A DNA stretch of 51,010 nt from a virus (lineage: Duplodnaviria > Caudoviricetes). Within the stretch, counting starts at the first letter, position 1, and the number at the start of each line of letters is the position of its first letter. The notes under the pieces are model-generated. The model worked only from the letters and a program-made list of their open reading frames with translations. It was not told the DNA's origin and did no database searches. This document shows, one piece after another, positions 26,108 through 35,816 of the stretch. The translations under genes and the position numbers were made by a program. The stretch is from positions 1 through 51,010 of the IMG/VR virus record IMGVR_UViG_3300043219_000087; one strand, 5' to 3'.

Positions 26108-29100
26108 ATGCCAATAACACCTGAACAAGCACAGGCAGAATTAAATCGTCGAACGGCACAAGCTGAACTTAGCAGGAGAAGTGCACAGGCAGAACTTGAT
26201 AAGAGAGCGAGTGTGCCCAGTGTTGGGACGCCCCCCAAAGCCAGAGTCAGAGACGTTCCCGGCATAGTTGGCAGAGGCGTTGTCAGTGCAGAGCTTGGTG
26301 TTGCTAAGGGTTTGATTGGAACTATTGATGCTACATTGAACATGGCACCATCTAACAGAGCACTTGGTTTTGGTGCTCCCTTTGCACCGCAGTTGACTGA
26401 AGCCCAAAAAACAAAGATGGCTAAAGAAACAAGAGAAGTTACTGCACCACTCCGAGAAGCCAAACGCAGAATTGCTTCAGCCCAAAAGAAATTTGGTGCT
26501 CGGTATTCTGGTGCACTCGCTTGGACTACCCGCACTATATCCGAAGCCGTTCCTTACATGGCTAATGCACTGGCTGCTGGGGTTGTAGCTGGTCCTGCTG
26601 GTGCTGCCACTGTTGGTTTTGTGGTTGAAGGTGATAACGCTTATGATGAGGCCAAAGCAAGTGGGGCCACTGAAGAACAGGCACAACGAGAACGTGTGGT
26701 AGTTGGATCATTGAATGCAATTATAGAAGCCGTGCAGATTGGCAGAGTTATGAAGTTTGCCAAAGGCGGGAAACACTCACTCAAGAATTTTGTTAAACTG
26801 GCACGCACAAAAGGAATGAAACACGCTGGCAAGGAACTTAAAGGCTGGGGTGGTGAAGTAGCACGCTTATCTATTGAGGAAGCACTTGAAGAATTTTCAC
26901 AAGAAGGTGTGTCGCTTACTGTTCCTGCCGTCTTTAGGGGTGAATACCCGCGTAAGGCTGACGGTTCACCTGACTATTTAGCCATCGGTGAGCGTCTTGG
27001 TGAGGCTGCTTTGGGCGGTGCTGTGGCTGGTCCGGTGCTTGGTGGTGCTGGTAGATTGATTACTGGAGTTAGTCCAGAGACTGATGTTGCAGCAGAACAA
27101 CCTCCACTGCTTGGCAAGGAAGGTATCAATGTTTACAAAACAGTTTCTGACAGCAGAACTGGCATAACAGAAGAAGAAGTTGTTCGAGAAGGTGATCGGT
27201 ATGTTGATTCTGTAACTGGTGAAGACGTTGTTTTAGACGCTAAAGCCAGCGGCAGCGGAATACAGGACGCACCCAAGAGCGAAACAGCAGACTTCCGGCC
27301 CGTAGAAACCGAAGCTGAAGTTGGCGTTGGCGAACCAGAATTAGTAAAAGGGAAGCATGCCGGTCTTGGACAAGCAATGCAGACTTTAGTAGATGAAGGG
27401 ATGACCTGGGAAGACGCACAGACTGTGGTTCGTGGCCAACAGGAAGGTCGTGCTGCTACAGTGGACATCACTGAATCTAAAGAAGCACAGAAGCAGTTGT
27501 TAAAAGTAGACGCGGCTATTGATGCAAATGAAGAAACTCCCAGTGAAATCACACAAGACGACAAACTGGAAGAACCAGAGTTTAATGAACCGGGATTGCT
27601 TGCATTGTTCACCAACAAACGTAAGGTAATGGACCGCATTGGTGCATTTAAGATTAAAGGCTTTACAGAATTGTTTAGTGGTTTTGAAAGGATGCAACAC
27701 CTTAAAGGCAGTTTGAATAAAGTAGTCAATAAAACTATTCGTGCATTAAATAAACAGGCAATACTTGGGGATAAGATTGCCAAACGCGTTATGAAGCGGC
27801 AGACTAAACCCGTTGAGCGTATGGTGGATTTACTTGACACCTATGAAAGACTTCCTGATGAAGTGACTGATAAATTGTCTGCTACAGATGTAGAAGCATT
27901 CAATGTTATGCGTGACATGACAAAGTGGTTGTTGGAACGAGCCAATGTAGCCCGTAAGAAAGCTGGGCAAAACCCAATTAACAATCTCAGAGCTTACATT
28001 CCACACTGGACCAACGCACTTGCTGACGAGATTATGAACGGAACTTATATTTATAACTCTGGATTTTTGGGCCAGCTTATGAATAAGGTTCCTAAGAAAA
28101 TCGACAACCCAACAGCGTACCACAGAAAACTTAAACAACAGATTCAAGAGCACATGGAACGTGATCTTGGAACACTGATGCGTGGCCTAATCAGATACGA
28201 TCTTCACGATATAATGCTGGCTCAACCGCTGGCTGAAGTGTGGGATGAGTTACGTAAGATTCGTGACCATAAGACAGACAAGGGTGGAAAGATAATCAGT
28301 GATAGGACATTTAATTATATTACTGACTATCTTAATTATGATGTTCTTAAAAAGCAGACCACTATTGACAAAGTATTCAACGATGCAAGGGTCGTTAAAA
28401 CCCCTACGCAACTGATTAACAAAGTTCTGCGACCACTCAATAGAGAGATTTCTAACCCAGCAGCCTTTTACTTCGGCGGGATGCGTAAACTGTTTCATGC
28501 TGCTTTTTTGCCTGGAAGACTGCGTCCCATCACCAGAAACTTTGGTCAGCGTTTGCTTAACCTGTCGTTCCACAGGGGCAGGGATTTAGGGCGTGCTCAA
28601 TTTGGCAAACAAGATGTGATTGAGCACCCGACAACTGGCAAACCAATAAAAATACTGAACTATATCAGAGAACAAGACTGGTATAAATTAACCAAGCCAG
28701 AAGATACACTGGACGACAATACGCTACTGTCGAACCTGACAAAATACGGCATGATAGGCTTCAAATTATCACATGTCGGTAACCGATATGTCAGCAATGT
28801 TGATGTGACAGCATTATCAAGCTACTATGACTGGAAGCACAGATTCCAAGAATCACACACCCAGAGTTCAAAACACTATAAGTTTATTGTTAAAGAAAGC
28901 AAACGCACCGGCATACCTATTGAACAACTTCAGACGCAAAAAGAAGATATGCTACATGATGTTCGTGACGGTGTTGCAATGACGCAGTGGGAGTATATGT
29001 CGCACGCTATGCCTACCATTTTTAGAGGCCAGACCGTGCGTGCGGCTGCTGCTTATCAATCTTGGTGGATGAACTACTTTACTTCTTTCCTTGCAGAAGG

Positions 29101-29557
29101 GTACAACAGGTTGATGACCGGCAGAACCAGAGTGCGTAGCGATGGCACAGGTGGGCGGTTGCTAACTCCTTATGCCAGACTTCGCACAATCAAAGGATTA
29201 GGTGGGATTTATGGAATAGCAAGAATTGCTGAATCAGTGTTTGGCGTGGCTATGCTCGGTGCTCTTTGGATGCCCGACCCTACCAGTGGACTGCCTCCAC
29301 TTCTTAGCCTGGCGGTTAATATGGCACGTTTGGTGCTCGGCTTCAACAAACCTGAGCAGCGTAGACAAGCGTGGAAAGACATGGGCAAGACTGCCAAGCG
29401 TATGCTGCCGTTTAGCAATGCGGCACGCGAGATAGCAAAAGTTGGTGATGATTGGACGCTTAAAGATTATGTTTTCTATACTGACAACGATGAATGGAAA
29501 CAAATTTGGGTTAAGGTTGAACAGGAAACAGCTAACAAGAAAGGAAGCGGCTTCTGA
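26108..29557 (+). CDS. large putative ejection/internal virion protein
   Basis: 1149 aa; EALEEFSQE and GA..G glycine-zipper motifs; last large late gene. Confidence 0.6.
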   Translation: MPITPEQAQAELNRRTAQAELSRRSAQAELDKRASVPSVGTPPKARVRDVPGIVGRGVVSAELGVAKGLIGTIDATLNMAPSNRALGFGAPFAPQLTEAQKTKMAKETREVTAPLREAKRRIASAQKKFGARYSGALAWTTRTISEAVPYMANALAAGVVAGPAGAATVGFVVEGDNAYDEAKASGATEEQAQRERVVVGSLNAIIEAVQIGRVMKFAKGGKHSLKNFVKLARTKGMKHAGKELKGWGGEVARLSIEEALEEFSQEGVSLTVPAVFRGEYPRKADGSPDYLAIGERLGEAALGGAVAGPVLGGAGRLITGVSPETDVAAEQPPLLGKEGINVYKTVSDSRTGITEEEVVREGDRYVDSVTGEDVVLDAKASGSGIQDAPKSETADFRPVETEAEVGVGEPELVKGKHAGLGQAMQTLVDEGMTWEDAQTVVRGQQEGRAATVDITESKEAQKQLLKVDAAIDANEETPSEITQDDKLEEPEFNEPGLLALFTNKRKVMDRIGAFKIKGFTELFSGFERMQHLKGSLNKVVNKTIRALNKQAILGDKIAKRVMKRQTKPVERMVDLLDTYERLPDEVTDKLSATDVEAFNVMRDMTKWLLERANVARKKAGQNPINNLRAYIPHWTNALADEIMNGTYIYNSGFLGQLMNKVPKKIDNPTAYHRKLKQQIQEHMERDLGTLMRGLIRYDLHDIMLAQPLAEVWDELRKIRDHKTDKGGKIISDRTFNYITDYLNYDVLKKQTTIDKVFNDARVVKTPTQLINKVLRPLNREISNPAAFYFGGMRKLFHAAFLPGRLRPITRNFGQRLLNLSFHRGRDLGRAQFGKQDVIEHPTTGKPIKILNYIREQDWYKLTKPEDTLDDNTLLSNLTKYGMIGFKLSHVGNRYVSNVDVTALSSYYDWKHRFQESHTQSSKHYKFIVKESKRTGIPIEQLQTQKEDMLHDVRDGVAMTQWEYMSHAMPTIFRGQTVRAAAAYQSWWMNYFTSFLAEGYNRLMTGRTRVRSDGTGGRLLTPYARLRTIKGLGGIYGIARIAESVFGVAMLGALWMPDPTSGLPPLLSLAVNMARLVLGFNKPEQRRQAWKDMGKTAKRMLPFSNAAREIAKVGDDWTLKDYVFYTDNDEWKQIWVKVEQETANKKGSGF

Positions 29558-29742
29558 TGGATTGTTTTCATAAACCAGTTAAAGAAATGACAGACAGAGA
29601 ATTAATTCTTTTCAATATTGGCGAAACCAGGTGTATTAAGAAATTACTTAACAATCATTTACAACACTGTTGGCAGGTGGTTATAGCTTTGGTTGGAGTT
29701 GCTGGGGTTGCTGTTGTCTCACTTCTTGTTGCCTTGCTGTGA
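29557..29742 (+). CDS. small protein with C-terminal TM helix (holin-like candidate)
   Basis: Hydrophobic C-terminus; end of the late arm. Confidence 0.5.
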   Translation: MDCFHKPVKEMTDRELILFNIGETRCIKKLLNNHLQHCWQVVIALVGVAGVAVVSLLVALL

Positions 29743-30042
29743 CATTTCTTCAATAGCTTGGGCCATTTCAGTAATCCAACTACACGTTAATGCTGGGTTG
29801 TGCCACGCGAGATCAAACTTAGGACTAAAAGGCATGTCATTGGATTCCGCATGTTTTTGCCGGTCTTTGATATTGCTCACTATGTTTTCTATTCTTCGTT
29901 GAGAAATCCAACAATACAATCCATCATTATTCCACAAAATAGGACGCGGCTGTTGCAACAACGCTTCAGCCGTCTTGCCTGTAAGCTTGATCGAAAAGCT
30001 GTTTTTTATAATTATCAAGGGAATTTTTGAACTTTGTCCCAT
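29719..30042 (-). CDS. hypothetical protein
   Basis: Last - strand gene; its 3' end overlaps the convergent gene by 24 nt. Confidence 0.55.
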   Translation of the reverse strand: MGQSSKIPLIIIKNSFSIKLTGKTAEALLQQPRPILWNNDGLYCWISQRRIENIVSNIKDRQKHAESNDMPFSPKFDLAWHNPALTCSWITEMAQAIEEMSQQGNKK

Positions 30043-30262
30043 CGCTCATCCTTTCTAAAAACTTATCTATCTGTTTGATTGTAGTAAACTTCCTGCTCTT
30101 TGAAAAACTTTCACCCAGCGGATACACTCGGAGGATGAGTTTTCTTTTTAACCACTGGTGGACCTGCCGCACGCTCACCCGTAATCCTGTTCGGTTTAAT
30201 ACATACAGGGGCACATCTTTTGATTCGATCAAACCTTCCCGTAGTTTCTTTTTCCTTCCCAT
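29966..30262 (-). CDS. small basic HTH (MerR/Xis-like) protein
   Basis: RTGLRVSVRQVHQWLKRKLI...FTT..QIDKFLE. Confidence 0.55.
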   Translation of the reverse strand: MGRKKKLREGLIESKDVPLYVLNRTGLRVSVRQVHQWLKRKLILRVYPLGESFSKSRKFTTIKQIDKFLERMSDGTKFKNSLDNYKKQLFDQAYRQDG

Positions 30263-30566
30263 TCTCATCCCCGCCTATAAGCACATCATCATCTGGTCCC
30301 TGCCATGTGTCCCAGGATACACGATCTGTAACATACCAACGACAGGGCCGGTCCAAATGATCCTGAACCACAGCAATCAAATCCTCTCTCTTGCGGTATG
30401 TTATTATCTTCACAAGCCACCCAGGTCTGACACTGCCTGGAAGCGGGTTGAACAATCCAAGTAATTCAACCCGACTCCCAGGGTGTCTGAAGGCGTTTTG
30501 CAAGAGAACATCTTGGGTGCTGTTGTTGATTAGCCAGTTAATTAGATGGTCTCTACAGTGGATCAT
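30111..30566 (-). CDS. hypothetical protein
   Basis: Starts 1 nt after the upstream stop; TAAGG RBS. Confidence 0.6.
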   Translation of the reverse strand: MIHCRDHLINWLINNSTQDVLLQNAFRHPGSRVELLGLFNPLPGSVRPGWLVKIITYRKREDLIAVVQDHLDRPCRWYVTDRVSWDTWQGPDDDVLIGGDENGKEKETTGRFDRIKRCAPVCIKPNRITGERAAGPPVVKKKTHPPSVSAG

Positions 30567-30567
30567 A

Positions 30568-31059
30568 TCACACCTTACTCATACATTCATTTCTCACTGC
30601 TGTCTTAGCAGCAACCACAATTTCTTGATGCTCTGCGGGTGTTAGATCATTCTTACGTTTCTGCATCCGGCCCACCATCAAACTAATACCACCCACGCCA
30701 AGCAACCCCATTATGCTCATCGGGTTGTCAACACTACCAACTACAATATCCTGAAAGTTCATTGAATCTGTGATGTTAGTATCAATGAACCTTATAGCAT
30801 CACCGTGTTCAAACTTGCTGTCCTGGGCCAATCGTTTCAAACTAAGCTGTTCCACACGGTACTTGATCGTAATGCGTTCTCGTATCTGCTTGGCTTCATA
30901 CAACGTCATAATGCCCAGCGGTGGGAACTCACGGTCTGCGTAAGCCATTGACTGTTCTGTTACCTCACATGGAGTGAAGCGGTCAATGAACCCTCCACAT
31001 GAAACGCCAGCAAGACAAACCAAACACAATATTATTAGTGCTACATTTTTGTAGTCCAT
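30568..31059 (-). CDS. putative lipoprotein/membrane protein
   Basis: Signal peptide ending LAGVSC; second hydrophobic helix near the C-terminus. Confidence 0.65.
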   Translation of the reverse strand: MDYKNVALIILCLVCLAGVSCGGFIDRFTPCEVTEQSMAYADREFPPLGIMTLYEAKQIRERITIKYRVEQLSLKRLAQDSKFEHGDAIRFIDTNITDSMNFQDIVVGSVDNPMSIMGLLGVGGISLMVGRMQKRKNDLTPAEHQEIVVAAKTAVRNECMSKV

Positions 31060-31062
31060 ATT

Positions 31063-31278
31063 CTATCTCCCAGGAATAATTTTAACTGCTTTGCCGTTTT
31101 TGTCTATTTTTACTTTGCGAACAATATCGGTATCAAGTTTACCAGAATGTGTCCTGGCTGTTTTTCGTGTACTGAATACCTCAGCCTGTGAAATATCAGC
31201 CAGGCTGTCAAATTCTTCAGTTACAAAACCACCATTCTCTGTGTCTTCAAACACCCAACCATGTGTTTTAGTTTTCAT
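31063..31278 (-). CDS. hypothetical protein (similar to 44781-45005)
   Basis: A.VF.TR.TAR motif. Confidence 0.65.
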   Translation of the reverse strand: MKTKTHGWVFEDTENGGFVTEEFDSLADISQAEVFSTRKTARTHSGKLDTDIVRKVKIDKNGKAVKIIPGR

Positions 31279-31583
31279 TTTTTCCTTTCTGTTTTAACCT
31301 GCAATGCTTCAGCTAATTTGAACTCCAGTTTTTCAACAAATCCATCCACATCTGTTCCATCCCCAATCCATTCTTGTAGATCGGCAACTCGTAAACCCAG
31401 TATATAACTGGGGTTACGCATTTTTGGCAGTGTTGAATTTTCAACCAAGAATTTTACTGCAACTATGCCCACATCATCAAACAATTCAACTGCCTGGAGC
31501 TTGCGTGCTATTAATTCATTTTCTACAAATATATCAGTGATGGTGACTGTCACTAACTTGACTATTTGTTCTTCTTTAATCAC
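31275..31583 (-). CDS. hypothetical protein
   Basis: GGAGG RBS; GTG start. Confidence 0.65.
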   Translation of the reverse strand: MIKEEQIVKLVTVTITDIFVENELIARKLQAVELFDDVGIVAVKFLVENSTLPKMRNPSYILGLRVADLQEWIGDGTDVDGFVEKLEFKLAEALQVKTERKK

Positions 31584-31584
31584 A

Positions 31585-31809
31585 CTATTTGTCCTCCAGT
31601 TCTGCTTTTAGTCTCTCCCGTACTACACAAGCTATATAGTCCCAATCATCGTCTTCCATTTCTCTATACCAAGATAAGATTTCTTTATAGGCAGCACGCC
31701 AACCAGTTGCTCTTTCACATCTTTCACAACTATTATGGATAGGACAAACTCTGTCACTACTATTACAATTTGGAACCGATAAATTTTCCCACTTCTCAAA
31801 TGCTTTCAT
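31585..31809 (-). CDS. small Cys-rich protein
   Basis: GGAGG RBS; GWRAA motif. Confidence 0.65.
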   Translation of the reverse strand: MKAFEKWENLSVPNCNSSDRVCPIHNSCERCERATGWRAAYKEILSWYREMEDDDWDYIACVVRERLKAELEDK

Positions 31810-34077
31810 TTAACCTCCCAAATATCTTTTCCTTGCTGATTCCGTCACACCCAACCCCCACCAGCCACGCTCATTGTTGTGTCTGGTTTCTTTGAGTTTA
31901 GAAAACCCTGACGCTGCCTCGCAGCACCTACGTCTGAACTTTCTGTAGCCAACCGGATTTTTTACATGTTCTTCTTCACAGATTGCTTCATACAAAGCGT
32001 ATAACTCTTGCTTTGAAACCCACAAGTCTGCTTCCCAACCAACATAGTGGTTGAGCATATATCGTATTGGGCTGGATTCTTCTTTTAAGTGGTCAACTTC
32101 TACACACGATATTGAAGGTTGTGTAAACTTACCGCCGTTGTTTAGCAACCGCTTCAACCCTTCAACAGCCCAAGCTGCAATTCCTTGCCGCTCTTTCTGT
32201 AATTCCAGATACAAAGTGACGTTGGGATCGCGGCTGAATACCATATTGAAGTTTAATAAGTTGTATCTTCTGAAAAGAGATTGCGTTTCATCATGGAACA
32301 CAGGCAACGAATTACTGCTATAGGTTATCTTACAAAATGGTTCGCCCTCTACAGCAGTCTTGTGCATTCGCCTGATGGGAACAGCATCGTTGCCAGTTAT
32401 CTTTTTCATAATGGTCAGCAGCTTCCGTGCCTGTGTGTTGGAAACAGTGTCTTCCTCAGAGATAAACATTGCATACTTGCCAATCAGCGGTGCAAGACCA
32501 AACTGATCTTTGGTTAGCTGATCTACAGTAGCCGGTGTTGAGTTCCCGTCCAACAAATGTTTCAACACTCTTGTTGCCGTGGATTTTCCTGATCCAGACT
32601 CACCATAGATGAACATAAGTTGTTCTAAATAGTTTGACGTTATCATGTTGTAGCCGAACCATTCTTGAAGCAGTGCGATGCGTTCATCATCTTCTTCAAG
32701 CCATTGGTGTATAGTGGACAGCCACAAATCACACTGAGCGTGTGGCGTGTAGCCGTATGACAGCGTAGCAGTGGTGAATAGGTTATTGCTGTGCGGCACC
32801 AACTCACCAGTCAACACATTCAACATGCCGTTTCTAAACAAGATCACATGACTGCTGTCAAAGGTCTTGCCTGAACTTATAAGGCACGGCTCAAGCACGC
32901 TGTTTGGAACTTTGGTTAAAACAACATTCCGTGTCGCCGCTATTACTTCTCTTATGAAATAACTGTTTATTGTAACCGGCTTAACTTTTTCTGTCGCGTC
33001 ATCAAAATATTCAAAACCATGAAAGGTTTCAGATACTTTTGCATCTAATGTCAGTGGGTTAACTGCTTCGTATTTTCCTTTGTTATACTGCCACCACTCG
33101 TCATGGTGGTAGACAAGTCGATGTTTGCCGCCAACAGTGTAGCCGTTGTTATTGATAAATGTTTCAGCAAGATTAACAAAATCAAGCACTCCATGAATCA
33201 GTTTACTGGCGTCACTCTGTTCGCCTTTCTGTTCTGTCCATGATGCAAATTCTTCTGGAGTTGGTTTCCATTTTCGCAAATCTTTGTGGGCCGCAGGAGG
33301 TAGACATTTGGTTACCCCTTTAAGTCTTGCTTTGCATTGGGTGAAGCACCTATTCATTCCCCTGATTCCAGCACCGGCGTCGTTGTCACCCATGATGATA
33401 GCAGTTTTGCCCTTCAATAAAGATGCTACTAATAGAGAACCGCTTTCAGCCGACGGCCTGCCGATACCAACATACCCCAAGTCCATTGCAGCGAGAACGT
33501 CAGATGCACCTTCCACCACGACATACGGCTTATCTGAAACTGGTATGACCGATGTATTAGAGACACTTTGTTCCCCGCTATGCAGTCTATGCAAGTAACC
33601 TGAGTCTTTAATATATTTGACAGAGCCTTGCTCAATTCTTGGGCATATTGCCGATGACGGATTGTTGGGATCACTCCGAGAAACCATACACCAGTCTTCT
33701 TTTCCACATACCGGGCAATCCACACCTGCTGACTTGACAGATACGAATCCTGAATTTGTGTAAACTCGCCCCTTCTCAACCGTGTTAACACACTCATAAA
33801 TCAATCCTCGTTTTGAACCTTCAATCATAAATTTCGATCCATCATGGTAACGCTTGCTCAATCCTATAATCTGTCCACGATCATCCCGTTCAGCAAATAT
33901 CCAACACTGTTCTTCAAAGCAGTAGCCCACACCGAGTCTGTTAATTGAAGCGGCTGTCACTCCAAGTTCTTCAGACAGTGCTTCAACCATTGAAGGCCAG
34001 ACGTTAGACTGATAGAGTATGTACAGCCTCTCCAATTCATCTGGCTTCAAGGGTTCTGGCCTTGTTGGTTTTTTCAT
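31810..34077 (-). CDS. primase-helicase: DnaG-like Toprim primase plus D5/P4-type SF3 helicase
   Basis: VVVEGASD and MGDND (Toprim); FRNGMLNV (D5_N); GESGSGKST Walker A; LKKITGND-like segment; SSN motif C. Confidence 0.9.
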   Translation of the reverse strand: MKKPTRPEPLKPDELERLYILYQSNVWPSMVEALSEELGVTAASINRLGVGYCFEEQCWIFAERDDRGQIIGLSKRYHDGSKFMIEGSKRGLIYECVNTVEKGRVYTNSGFVSVKSAGVDCPVCGKEDWCMVSRSDPNNPSSAICPRIEQGSVKYIKDSGYLHRLHSGEQSVSNTSVIPVSDKPYVVVEGASDVLAAMDLGYVGIGRPSAESGSLLVASLLKGKTAIIMGDNDAGAGIRGMNRCFTQCKARLKGVTKCLPPAAHKDLRKWKPTPEEFASWTEQKGEQSDASKLIHGVLDFVNLAETFINNNGYTVGGKHRLVYHHDEWWQYNKGKYEAVNPLTLDAKVSETFHGFEYFDDATEKVKPVTINSYFIREVIAATRNVVLTKVPNSVLEPCLISSGKTFDSSHVILFRNGMLNVLTGELVPHSNNLFTTATLSYGYTPHAQCDLWLSTIHQWLEEDDERIALLQEWFGYNMITSNYLEQLMFIYGESGSGKSTATRVLKHLLDGNSTPATVDQLTKDQFGLAPLIGKYAMFISEEDTVSNTQARKLLTIMKKITGNDAVPIRRMHKTAVEGEPFCKITYSSNSLPVFHDETQSLFRRYNLLNFNMVFSRDPNVTLYLELQKERQGIAAWAVEGLKRLLNNGGKFTQPSISCVEVDHLKEESSPIRYMLNHYVGWEADLWVSKQELYALYEAICEEEHVKNPVGYRKFRRRCCEAASGFSKLKETRHNNERGWWGLGVTESARKRYLGG

Positions 34078-34092
34078 AGTGGCTCCTTAAAA

Positions 34093-34155
34093 TAGTGTGG
34101 ACAGGCAGGTGTGACTCACCGTGCTTTTGATCGGACTGTGCCGCTGCCCACACTA
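34093..34155 (-). promoter_or_regulatory. three-way-junction RNA structure between the SSB-like gene and the primase RBS
   Basis: On the - strand, a 12-bp stem TAGTGTGGGCAG/CTGTCCACACTA encloses two hairpins. Confidence 0.5.
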
Positions 34156-34167
34156 ATACACACGGGA

Positions 34168-35277
34168 TTAACTCTCGTCTATCACTCGCTCTAACACCTT
34201 TGTTCTAACCTCAGACCAAATTTTGTTGGCTTCAACAGCATCAGTGTCACCGAAAAACTCTTGTATCACTTCTGTCCATGTCTCAGCTAATGTCTCAGCC
34301 TTAGACGCGTGAGCGTTGGTTTCGCAGGCTTCCCATGCTTCTTCTTGCGTGCAGGAAGCGGGTAGGTCAAGATCATCGATTGTTTCTTGCATAGCAGAAG
34401 CTACTGGTTCCTCAAGGGGGGCTACTGGTTTTGTTACAGTCGGAATCTTTGGTTTTGTAATCCCAGCTTTTGCCGCAGCTTTTGCCTTGAGTGCTTCGGC
34501 CTTTTTCTTTTTGTTGAATGCTTTCTTTTCCGCAGGTGACATAGCGTTGTACTCTGCTTCTGCCGCACGACTTTTTTGGTCTTCTACTGAAGCCGCAGCC
34601 ATGTCCTTCATTAGCTCTTTGTTGGTTGGTTCCTCAACTACACTATCTGAAGGTCCAGTATCTTCGTCTGCTTCAACATTAACAGGTTCTCCAGCTTCTG
34701 ATACTTGAGTTTTCGTTCTGGGCACCACAGGCTTTCCAGCAGCCTTCTTCTTCTCTGCCACTTTCTTAGCAGCCGGAACAGCCGCAGGTTTGTCGCCGCC
34801 ATTCAACTCGCGGAAAGCAGCAGCGTACTTGGCATCGAGAGCATCCACTGTAGCATCATCTGCCTTAGTGACTCCACCGCCGTAAAGCGTGCCGTCCACA
34901 TTGGTAATTTCTGTAACTTCAAATTTCTTCTTACCTTTGTACTCACGTTCCTCAACACGAAACTTAATTGGGATTTCACTGAGGTCTGTGTCATTAAGTT
35001 TGCGTGTTGACATTGGGGTTATTGTTGGGTACGCTTCTTTTACTTGCTTAGCACTGGGCAGTATTGCATTATCCTTACCGAACAAAACAAAATAACCTGT
35101 AATCTCAACTTCTTCAACGTCAGTAATATCTATGAATTCTTGACTATCAGGATCAAGTTCCTGAACAGCTTGAAGTTGAGCCACAAACTGCGGGTAGCTG
35201 TTGGCTTTAGTCTTGCCCATGCCAGACTGCATTGCATAACCTACAAAATCGCCTTCTCTGTTTATTTTCTTGCCCAT
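34168..35277 (-). CDS. probable ssDNA-binding protein (OB fold) with long A/K/P-rich linker
   Basis: Near the Sak4-like ATPase; beta-rich N-terminal domain ending EEREYKGK. Confidence 0.5.
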   Translation of the reverse strand: MGKKINREGDFVGYAMQSGMGKTKANSYPQFVAQLQAVQELDPDSQEFIDITDVEEVEITGYFVLFGKDNAILPSAKQVKEAYPTITPMSTRKLNDTDLSEIPIKFRVEEREYKGKKKFEVTEITNVDGTLYGGGVTKADDATVDALDAKYAAAFRELNGGDKPAAVPAAKKVAEKKKAAGKPVVPRTKTQVSEAGEPVNVEADEDTGPSDSVVEEPTNKELMKDMAAASVEDQKSRAAEAEYNAMSPAEKKAFNKKKKAEALKAKAAAKAGITKPKIPTVTKPVAPLEEPVASAMQETIDDLDLPASCTQEEAWEACETNAHASKAETLAETWTEVIQEFFGDTDAVEANKIWSEVRTKVLERVIDES

Positions 35278-35281
35278 AAAA

Positions 35282-35629
35282 TTAAGCCTCCAAAATTATA
35301 TTTGATTTCTTTTCTTGTTTAGTTTCTGGTTTAGGTTTTTCAACCTTTTGTAATACATATTCACAATTTGGACACAAAGGCAAATTACTAATCTTGCCTT
35401 TATTTGGTGTGTCAGTGCCCTGCTTGCAGTCTGGACACATGAAGTCATAAGGCTCAAGCCCACGTTTTTTGCGTTCTTCTTTAACAAGTTTCATCATGTA
35501 AAGCTGTGCTATCTGATTGCAGACCTGTAGCTTTTTGGGGTCACCGTGGCAGTACTTTTGTTTCAAGCCTGATTCACATGGGCACAATTCATTTCTGGTT
35601 TTGTCACTTAGTTTTGATTTAATTGCCAT
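35282..35629 (-). CDS. SEC-C motif plus zinc-ribbon protein
   Basis: RNELCPCESGLKQKYCHG (SEC-C); CPDC...CPNC. Confidence 0.8.
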   Translation of the reverse strand: MAIKSKLSDKTRNELCPCESGLKQKYCHGDPKKLQVCNQIAQLYMMKLVKEERKKRGLEPYDFMCPDCKQGTDTPNKGKISNLPLCPNCEYVLQKVEKPKPETKQEKKSNIILEA

Positions 35630-35816
35630 TGATTTTATCCTTAAACTCAAAACTTTCAAATGAAAGCTTTTCTGCCCAATATTTTGCCCAGCGTTTCGCG
35701 TTGCTTAATGTTTTGTAATTACTGCCAATGCCACCAATATATAGACCAGTTGGACAGTGTAAGTCTAAGAAAAACAACGTACTATAATTTTGATTTATTC
35801 TAATCGTGTACATCAT
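35619..35816 (-). CDS. hypothetical protein
   Basis: YKTLSNAKRWA motif; overlapping start/stop junctions. Confidence 0.55.
   Translation of the reverse strand: MMYTIRINQNYSTLFFLDLHCPTGLYIGGIGSNYKTLSNAKRWAKYWAEKLSFESFEFKDKINGN

Noticed and set aside
27133-27840. Long antisense ORFs inside structural and replication genes (e.g. 27133-27840, 13123-13686, 8987-9613)
   Set aside because: Shadow frames of well-supported genes on the opposite strand; no motifs or RBS.
29966-30262. Lysogeny module (Xis-like HTH, Leu762 polymerase)
   Set aside because: No integrase, CI-like repressor or ParA recognised; lifestyle left undetermined.
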